Part shown: positions 25,757 through 32,000 of the stretch, in pieces | Numbering within the stretch: the stretch's first letter is position 1 | How the letters are laid out: every line of letters starts with the position of its first letter | Assembly (NCBI GenBank): GCA_028698185.1 | Contig: JAQVDW010000009.1 | Location: 30,001-62,000 of the forward strand | DNA: 32,000 bases | Direction of reading: 5' to 3' | From: Erysipelotrichaceae bacterium | GTDB taxonomy: Bacteria; Bacillota_I; Bacilli_A; Erysipelotrichales; Coprobacillaceae | Position numbers and translations under genes: made by a program | Notes under the pieces: model-generated | Database searches by the model: none | What the model saw: the letters and a program-made list of their open reading frames with translations, nothing else | Told to the model about the DNA's origin: nothing

Positions 25757-26663
25757 TTCCCCGGGCCTCGATTTCCTTGATCTTCGCTACGAAGAAATCA
25801 GGCAATTCGCTGGTGAACTCCATATATTCGCCGGTGCGGGGATGGTTGAATCCCAGAGTCCGGGCGTGAAGATATTGGCCATATGTGGTATCATCCTTAC
25901 GGTATCCGTACTTGGGATCTCCCACAACCGGATGGCCGATATAGGCCATATGGACGCGGATCTGATGCGTCCGGCCTGTTTCCAGACGGCATTCCACCAA
26001 TGAATAATCCGGATATCTTTCCAGGACCGTGAAGTTGGTGATGGCATCTTTTGAATTTTCAGCTTTGACCGTCATTTTCTGGCGGTCTTTTGGATCGCGG
26101 CCGATCGGCGCGTCAATCCGGCCATGGTTGTGAGGGAATTCCCCGTGAACCAATGCCACATAGCTGCGGGTCACCGTATGGTCCTTTAGCTGTTGCGAAA
26201 GCGAGCGATGGGCCAGGTCATTTTTGGCAACCATCAGTAGGCCTGAAGTCTCCTTGTCGATCCGGTGGACAATGCCTGGCCGGTTGACCCCGTTGATTCC
26301 CGAAAGGTCCTGGCAATGGTACAAGATCGCATTGACCAGGGTATTCGACACAATCGAGAGAGTCGGATGGACAATCATGTCATTCGCCTTGTCTATCACA
26401 AGCACATCGCTGTCTTCATAAACGATATCCAACGGGATGTTCTCCGGTTTTATTTCCATATCTTTTGGCGGCATCATCGTCAGTTCGATCATATCACCGG
26501 CTTCTAGCTTGTATGACGCCTTTTCCGGTTTGCCGTTGACCAGGACATAACCCTCTTTGATCATCTCCTGGATCTGGCTGCGGGAAATATCTTCAAGCTG
26601 TTCTGACAGGTACTTGTCGAGCCTTCCCATTTTTTTATCTATTTCAAATTCAATTGTTTCCAC
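25749..26663 (-). CDS. rluD: RluA-family 23S rRNA pseudouridine synthase (RluD/YlyB-like)
   Basis: N-terminal S4 domain (RLDKYLSEQL...SRSQIQEMI) and catalytic motif HRIDKETSGLL. It lies downstream of lspA, as in B. subtilis. Confidence 0.9.
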   Translation of the reverse strand: METIEFEIDKKMGRLDKYLSEQLEDISRSQIQEMIKEGYVLVNGKPEKASYKLEAGDMIELTMMPPKDMEIKPENIPLDIVYEDSDVLVIDKANDMIVHPTLSIVSNTLVNAILYHCQDLSGINGVNRPGIVHRIDKETSGLLMVAKNDLAHRSLSQQLKDHTVTRSYVALVHGEFPHNHGRIDAPIGRDPKDRQKMTVKAENSKDAITNFTVLERYPDYSLVECRLETGRTHQIRVHMAYIGHPVVGDPKYGYRKDDTTYGQYLHARTLGFNHPRTGEYMEFTSELPDFFVAKIKEIEARGNE

Positions 26664-27133
26664 TACTCATCCTCCATAAAAACTTCAATCATCATCAAGC
26701 CGACCCCGATCACAATCGCGATATCGGCGATATTGAAAATCGGAAAGTCATATCCAAATATTGTAAAATCGATAAAGTCCCGGACATAACCCAATACTAT
26801 CCGGTCAAACACGTTTCCAAGCAAGCCCGAGATGATCAAAATTATCCCGAACCGGGTCAAGTGTTCCTTAGAATCGGTCTTGATGAAATAAAAAATCAGA
26901 CCGGCCAGGGCCACCAGGGCAAACGCAATGAAAAATTCCACATGTCCTTCGAACATCGACCAGGCAGCCCCTTTGTTCTGGGCATAGGTGAAATAAAAGA
27001 AATTGTCAATTATTTCCACCGAAGCTCCCAGGGTCATGTTGATGGCAACCACGATTTTTGACAGCTGGTCACCTACAAGGACCACAAGCATCGTCACTAT
27101 ATATAAAACCACATTATTTATATTCTTTTTCAT
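26663..27133 (-). CDS. lspA: lipoprotein signal peptidase II
   Basis: Motifs NKGAAWSMF and FNIADIAI, four TM segments. The start is chosen at ATG 27133 (MKKNINN...), which has AGGGTGGT upstream. Confidence 0.9.
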   Translation of the reverse strand: MKKNINNVVLYIVTMLVVLVGDQLSKIVVAINMTLGASVEIIDNFFYFTYAQNKGAAWSMFEGHVEFFIAFALVALAGLIFYFIKTDSKEHLTRFGIILIISGLLGNVFDRIVLGYVRDFIDFTIFGYDFPIFNIADIAIVIGVGLMMIEVFMEDE

Positions 27134-27221
27134 CTTTACCACCCTTATCCATACTATTAAAACATATTTCATATTGATAGTAAAGTCTTACTGTTCCATA
27201 ATCCCATTTTACCCGGACGAC

Positions 27222-27247
27222 AAAAAAACTATAGAATTATCTATAGT
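27222..27247 (-). terminator. AT-rich terminator of the Ca2+-ATPase gene
   Basis: Minus strand ACTATAG-ATAATT-CTATAGT followed by T7. The TAA stop (27239..27237) lies in the loop. Confidence 0.55.
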
Positions 27248-29846
27248 TTTTGCGTGTTACAAACTTGACTATTTCACTGACAGCCACAGTTCCAAAACAG
27301 AAACCGAGGCAGATATACCATTGTTCAATGTGGAGCGGCCGCAAGCGGAAAATCTCGCTTAGCTCCGGAACAGCCAGAAGAACGATTTGGAGTAACAACC
27401 CACATCCCAACGCGCCCCACAGATAGATATTTGTGAAAAGGCGACGTGACAGGATCGAATGGCGGGTCTTGACATTGAAGCTGTGGACCAGCTGCGAACC
27501 GCACAGCGTGATAAATGCCATGGTCATGCCGGTTTCGTGATCGATGGCATTTCCAATCGCATAGGCAATCAGGGTGAACACCCCGATCATCAGCCCTTGC
27601 CAGGCGATGGTGAACCCAAGTCCATGGGCAAAGAACCCTTCGTCCTTCGAACGCGGCTTGCGCTCCATAATATCTTCTTCCACCGGTTCCATTCCCAGGG
27701 CAAAAGCAGGCAGGGAATCAGTGATCAGATTCACCCAAAGCAGATGAATCGGCAACAAAGGAACCCCGAATTTGGCATCGGTGAACAGCGTTATCAAAGA
27801 AGCCCCGAAGATCGTGATCACTTCGCCGATATTGCTGCTTAGGAGGAACTGGACATCTTTTTTGATGTTGTCGTAAATTCCCCGACCTTCCTTGATCGAA
27901 TGGATGATTGTGGCAAAGTTGTCATCGGTCAGGATCATTGAAGCAGCCCCTTTGGCCACGTCCGTCCCGGTGATTCCCATGGCACAGCCAATGTCGGCCT
28001 GTTTTAAAGCGGGAGCGTCATTGACACCATCACCGGTCATTGCCACAACCTTGTTTTGAGCCTGCCAGGCCCTGACGATGCGCACCTTGTGTTCGGGCGC
28101 CACCCGGGCATACACTCCATACTTGTCGACATTTTGCGCCAGTTCCTCATCCGTCATGGCATTGAGCTGGTCTCCGGTGACAGCCTGCTGTCCCGGTTCG
28201 AGGATATTCAATGAGCCGGCGATTGCCGCCGCGGTTTCCACGTGGTCGCCGGTAATCATCACGGTGCGGACTCCGGCTTTTTTCGCTTCCATGATCGCCT
28301 TTTTGGCTTCTTCCCGCGGCGGATCGATCATCCCCACCAGGCCGACAAAGCTTAGATCCTTTTCCAGGGTCTCACTATCGATGGTTGCGGGCAATCGGTC
28401 ATGATGGCGGATGGCCACAGCCAACACCCTCAAGGCCTCCTGGGCCATTGATTTGTTTGCATCTATGCGATGTCCGTTTTCCCGGGAAACACAGCGGTCG
28501 AAAATGACGTCCGGACCACCCTTTGTGATTTGCAGGAAACCTTCGCCGTCCTTGACGATGACCGTCATCATTTTGCGGTCGCTGTCAAACGCCAGCTCCC
28601 CTACCCTAGGGTAACGTTTGTCAAGTTCCCCTTTAGGGTAGCCGTTGACAAGACTCGCCTTGACCAAGGCCGTTTCGGTCGGATCTCCGATCTCAACTTC
28701 ACGCTCGTCGACAATCGATATCTGGCCATCGGAGCATAATGTGAAATAGTTGAGCATCTTGATTGTCGCAGATGTCGCGGTTTCAATCTTTTCTATCTCG
28801 TCGCCGTCAAGATAAGTCTTGACAACCGTCATCTTGTTCTGGGTCAGGGTTCCCGTCTTGTCCGAGCAGACAATCGAAGTCGCCCCCAGGGTTTCCACTG
28901 CCGGCAGCGATTTGACAATGGCATTATGCTGCGCCATCTTCGATACCGAAAGGGCCAAGACAACCGTCACAACCGTTGCCAATCCCTCAGGTATCGCCGC
29001 TACCGCCAGGGCAATTGAAGTCTTGAACGCTTCAAGGATTCCCATATCCGAATATATCTGGATGCCAAAAACCACAACAACAATCACAAGGCAGATTATG
29101 CCGATCAATTTGCCGATATTATCGAGTTGCACCTGCATCGGTGTTTTTTGCTTCTGGGTCTGGGCGATCATCGCAGCAATCTTCCCGACCTCATTGTCTT
29201 TACCAGTCGCACATACCAGAACAACTCCGCGTCCGTAAGTGACATTGCACGATGAGAACACCATATTCAATCGGTCACCTAGTGGCACGTCATCCTTGGC
29301 GATTAGATTCATGTGCTTTTCCACCGGAACCGATTCCCCGGTCAGGGCCGACTCGTCAACCTTGAGATTGGCGCTTTCGACAATCCGCCCGTCACTGGCA
29401 ATCCGGTCACCGGCGTCAAGGATCAAAATATCTCCCACGACAACCTCATCGGAATCGATTGTCTGCAAAGTACCGTCACGGATGACCTTTGCTTTTGGGG
29501 CCGCCATTTTTTCCAGGGCTTCCAAGGCCTTTTCGGCATTGTTTTCCTGAACCAGACCCAAAATCGCATTTACCACAACCACAAAGAATATGATCATCGA
29601 TTCGATCCATTCGTCAGGTTCGATCGCTATCGAAACCACGGCGGCGATGATCAGGATTATCGTCAGCGCGTCCTTGAACTGGAGCAAAAATCGCTGCCAC
29701 ATGGGCACCTTCTTCTTTTTCTCCAATTCATTTCTGCCGTATTTTTCCCGGTTGACCAGCACCTGTTCGCTAGTCAGCCCATTATGGAGATTAGAATCAT
29801 AATCCTTGGCCAGCTTGGCCGTTTCTTCATTGTAAATCACGTTCAC
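27237..29846 (-). CDS. P-type Ca2+-transporting ATPase (P2A, YloB-like)
   Basis: 869 aa. Motifs TGES, PEGL, the phosphorylation site CSDKTGTLT, and TGDGVNDAPAL. About 10 TM segments. GTG start. Confidence 0.93.
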   Translation of the reverse strand: MNVIYNEETAKLAKDYDSNLHNGLTSEQVLVNREKYGRNELEKKKKVPMWQRFLLQFKDALTIILIIAAVVSIAIEPDEWIESMIIFFVVVVNAILGLVQENNAEKALEALEKMAAPKAKVIRDGTLQTIDSDEVVVGDILILDAGDRIASDGRIVESANLKVDESALTGESVPVEKHMNLIAKDDVPLGDRLNMVFSSCNVTYGRGVVLVCATGKDNEVGKIAAMIAQTQKQKTPMQVQLDNIGKLIGIICLVIVVVVFGIQIYSDMGILEAFKTSIALAVAAIPEGLATVVTVVLALSVSKMAQHNAIVKSLPAVETLGATSIVCSDKTGTLTQNKMTVVKTYLDGDEIEKIETATSATIKMLNYFTLCSDGQISIVDEREVEIGDPTETALVKASLVNGYPKGELDKRYPRVGELAFDSDRKMMTVIVKDGEGFLQITKGGPDVIFDRCVSRENGHRIDANKSMAQEALRVLAVAIRHHDRLPATIDSETLEKDLSFVGLVGMIDPPREEAKKAIMEAKKAGVRTVMITGDHVETAAAIAGSLNILEPGQQAVTGDQLNAMTDEELAQNVDKYGVYARVAPEHKVRIVRAWQAQNKVVAMTGDGVNDAPALKQADIGCAMGITGTDVAKGAASMILTDDNFATIIHSIKEGRGIYDNIKKDVQFLLSSNIGEVITIFGASLITLFTDAKFGVPLLPIHLLWVNLITDSLPAFALGMEPVEEDIMERKPRSKDEGFFAHGLGFTIAWQGLMIGVFTLIAYAIGNAIDHETGMTMAFITLCGSQLVHSFNVKTRHSILSRRLFTNIYLWGALGCGLLLQIVLLAVPELSEIFRLRPLHIEQWYICLGFCFGTVAVSEIVKFVTRKNYR

Positions 29847-29855
29847 CGCCCCTTT

Positions 29856-30116
29856 CTAGTGGGAATTCCTTCCTTTGCCGCAGTCGTTAGACCTTGACGA
29901 GCCGTCGTTGAGGACGACCACGTTAACGTATTCGACCTGCAGTTCATTCAAAACAGCCAGCCGTTTATGCCCATCGACACACTCATAACCACCATCAGTC
30001 TCATTGACCTTGATCATGAACGAAAGTCCGATCCTTTCGATCGACTCCTTCAGGGCCGGGCTGTATTGTTTTTCTTGATATCTAATATTCCTTACTTCTA
30101 TATTCTTGATCCGCAT
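29856..30116 (-). CDS. stand-alone ParB N-terminal/sulfiredoxin-fold domain protein (86 aa)
   Basis: The sequence MRIKNIEVRNIRYQEKQYSPALKESIERIGLSFMIKVNETDGGYECVDGHKRLAVLNELQVEYVNVVVL matches the ParBc pattern (I..I.....R......L..SI...G...PI.V....Y.I.DGHHRL.A). No HTH or dimerisation domain follows. The ATG lies 1 nt after the murE TGA. The TAG lies inside the ATPase RBS. Confidence 0.6.
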   Translation of the reverse strand: MRIKNIEVRNIRYQEKQYSPALKESIERIGLSFMIKVNETDGGYECVDGHKRLAVLNELQVEYVNVVVLNDGSSRSNDCGKGRNSH

Positions 30117-30117
30117 T

Positions 30118-31485
30118 TCACAAGTCCTTCAAGTATTTTTCGACTTCTTCAAAATCGCTGAAATGGAATTTTTCACCGTTGATTATCTGGTAATTCTCAT
30201 GCCCCTTGCCTAACACAAGCAGCACGTCATTGTTCTCGAGCTGATCGATGCCATAGCGGATAGCCTGAGCCCGGTCCTTGATGACGACATAATTGTCATA
30301 ATCCAGTCCGGCGGTCATGTCCGCAATGATTGCATCGGGGGCCTCATTGCGGGGATTGTCATTGGTGAAAATGGCCAGATCGGAGTATTTGCAGGCAGTG
30401 GCCGCCATCAGCGGCCGTTTGGTTTTGTCGCGGTTTCCACCACAGCCAATTAGCGTCACAATCTTGCGTGCCGTTGTTTCCTTGATTGTCTTGGCGACAT
30501 TCTCAATCGCATCAGGCGTATGGGCATAATCGATAAAAATCGAATTCGTCCCCTTCTTCAAATAGGACATGCGCCCGGTCGGCGCCTGGACAAGCTCGTT
30601 TTTGTCAAGGAGCGCATCGACATCGCACCCCAGATTCACAGCGATCATCAGGCTGGTAAGATAATTGTAAATATTGTATTTCCCAATCAGATTGATCGTT
30701 GTCCGATATGATTTTGCCAGATAGGAAAACTCCAGGTTGGTATGGGTATGCTCGATCGTGTAGTCTTCGATAGTCACATCGCCATCCTGGCTTTTTATAA
30801 GGATGTTGCGGTTTTCAGGCAACACGAAATCCTTGGCATGTGCATCGTCACCGTTGATTACGGCAATTTTCGCCCCCCTGGTCATCCTGAACAGCTCCTG
30901 TTTTGTCGCCAGATAATTTTCCATCGTTCCATGGAAATCCAGATGGTCCTGGGTCAGGTTGGTGAATGCCACAACATCGAATTGCAATCCATTCACCCGG
31001 CCATAAGCCAGGGCATGGGAGGACACTTCCATGATCACAACTTCGCATGAAGCATCAACGCATTCAAGCAGCAGGTTGTAAAGCAAATCAAGATCGGGTG
31101 TCGTGTTGTTCAATGGGCGACTCTTGTCACCAATATGGAAGCCGATCGTACCGATATAGCCGGCTTTGATTCCCTGGTTCAGGAGCATCTCGAAAGTCAT
31201 GAAGCCAATGCTTGTTTTACCGTTGGTCCCGGTTATCCCCACCAATTTCATCTTTTCTATATAAGGATAATAATTTTCTTTTAGGTAATTCTTGAAATAT
31301 TCCCTGGTATCATCAACCATTTCCACTTCGACAGGGTACTGCCCGTGCTCGACGATCACCTTGATTGCTCCGTTTGCGATCGCCACATCCACATAATCAT
31401 GGCCATCGGTCACCGGTCCTTTCAAAGCGATAAACGTGTCACCGGGCTTTACCTGCCGGGAATCGGTTTTCAAACCGATTCTCAT
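30118..31485 (-). CDS. murE: UDP-N-acetylmuramoyl-L-alanyl-D-glutamate--2,6-diaminopimelate ligase
   Basis: 455 aa. P-loop GITGTNGKTS and the Mur ligase middle and C-terminal domains. The DNPR motif (FTNDNPRNE) is characteristic of meso-DAP-adding MurE. Confidence 0.92.
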   Translation of the reverse strand: MRIGLKTDSRQVKPGDTFIALKGPVTDGHDYVDVAIANGAIKVIVEHGQYPVEVEMVDDTREYFKNYLKENYYPYIEKMKLVGITGTNGKTSIGFMTFEMLLNQGIKAGYIGTIGFHIGDKSRPLNNTTPDLDLLYNLLLECVDASCEVVIMEVSSHALAYGRVNGLQFDVVAFTNLTQDHLDFHGTMENYLATKQELFRMTRGAKIAVINGDDAHAKDFVLPENRNILIKSQDGDVTIEDYTIEHTHTNLEFSYLAKSYRTTINLIGKYNIYNYLTSLMIAVNLGCDVDALLDKNELVQAPTGRMSYLKKGTNSIFIDYAHTPDAIENVAKTIKETTARKIVTLIGCGGNRDKTKRPLMAATACKYSDLAIFTNDNPRNEAPDAIIADMTAGLDYDNYVVIKDRAQAIRYGIDQLENNDVLLVLGKGHENYQIINGEKFHFSDFEEVEKYLKDL

Positions 31486-32000
31486 CTAAAGCTCCGGATA
31501 TTCAATCAACTCGCAGTTGCCAGCGACATAGTTGAAAATCTCGTCATTGTCGCAGTCATGAAAATACGTGTTGATAGTACGGATAATGCCGCTGTGGCAT
31601 ACCAGCAAGATTGTCTTGTCAGGATACTTTTCCTTCAATTCATTGATGAAGTTGTAAACCCGGGTAACAACCTCAAAATAGGTTTCTCCCCCTGGATAAC
31701 GGACCCCGTGATTTCTTTTGAATTCATAGAATTCAGGAGTCGATTTAGGCATCCCTTCGAACTTGCCGAAGTTGATTTCCGTCAGCCTTTCATCCTTGAT
31801 ATTCGGGCATGCCTGTTTGGCACAAACGATATCTCCTGTCAGATAGGCTCTTTTCAGTGGTGAAGAAAAAATAAGGTCGAATTGAATCTTCCGTAATTCT
31901 TCCCCCAACTGTTTTGCTTGGTCAATCCCTTGCGGATTCAATGAAGCATCAGTGATTCCACAAATAATTTCTTCTGTATTTGCCGTCGTTTGACCATGAC
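31486..32000 (-). CDS. histidine phosphatase family protein (5' end beyond the right edge)
   Basis: The frame stays open upstream of the track start. Codons 31998.. read HGQTTANTEEIICGITDASLNPQG..., which is the RHG catalytic motif region. A second His motif, CHSGIIR, is present. The TAG stop abuts the murE ATG. Confidence 0.8.
   Translation of the reverse strand, partial: HGQTTANTEEIICGITDASLNPQGIDQAKQLGEELRKIQFDLIFSSPLKRAYLTGDIVCAKQACPNIKDERLTEINFGKFEGMPKSTPEFYEFKRNHGVRYPGGETYFEVVTRVYNFINELKEKYPDKTILLVCHSGIIRTINTYFHDCDNDEIFNYVAGNCELIEYPEL

Noticed and set aside
1-32000. CRISPR arrays, IS elements or other dispersed repeats.
   Set aside because: Reading through all the intergenic regions, I saw no regularly spaced direct repeats, no transposase-like ORF and no terminal inverted repeats. 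The only repeats are the tRNA duplication and the short motifs reported above. A by-eye scan can miss diverged repeats, so a self-dotplot would be needed to settle this.

Overview
This is a Bacillota (Firmicutes)-type chromosomal core segment. It uses the standard genetic code (TGA is a stop; for example, the mreC stop sits 3 nt before the mreD ATG). GC looks mid-40s % by eye.

I call 32 protein genes, 29 of them on the minus strand, plus 2 tRNA genes. Three of the CDS are small ORFs absent from the supplied track. Two CDS run off the window edges.

Gene order along the minus strand, from high to low coordinate:
- histidine phosphatase (5' end outside the window), murE (DNPR motif, meso-DAP type), an 86-aa ParB/Srx-domain-only ORF, P-type Ca2+-ATPase, lspA, rluD, comEB
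- on the plus strand: an RNase HIII-like gene and a rhodanese lipoprotein
- cvpA, mutS2, uvrC, murI, YfcE-type phosphoesterase
- tRNA-Arg(UCU)
- beta-helix exoprotein, glutathione peroxidase, CaCA antiporter, a 53-aa ORF
- a second, identical tRNA-Arg(UCU)
- Zn-ribbon membrane protein
- YeiH-type transporter (plus strand) with a divergent LysR regulator
- acidic 50-aa ORF, TPR-like protein, tig, lon, engB
- Val T-box leader, unknown membrane-anchored protein, valS
- 54-aa membrane ORF, radC, mreC, mreD (3' end outside the window)

Several blocks mirror B. subtilis synteny: tig-lon-ysxC, lspA-rluD, rnhC<>cvpA-mutS2, and racE...ysnB.

I found no CRISPR array, transposase, integrase, restriction, toxin-antitoxin or other recognisable defence module. 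I do not see a convincing novel multi-gene system.

The observations most worth a second look are:
1. A perfect 88-bp direct duplication of tRNA-Arg(UCU) that brackets a 3.85-kb accessory-looking cassette with no recombinase.
2. A Val-specific T-box whose first regulated gene is an unknown membrane-anchored protein overlapping valS.
3. A stand-alone ParB/Srx-fold mini-ORF packed between murE and the Ca2+-ATPase.
4. Three unlisted small ORFs with strong ribosome-binding sites or stop/start coupling.
5. A perfect 12-bp-stem hairpin whose loop motif recurs, inverted, on the other side of the 53-aa ORF.

Every call rests on reading the sequence and on remembered family motifs. No database search was run.
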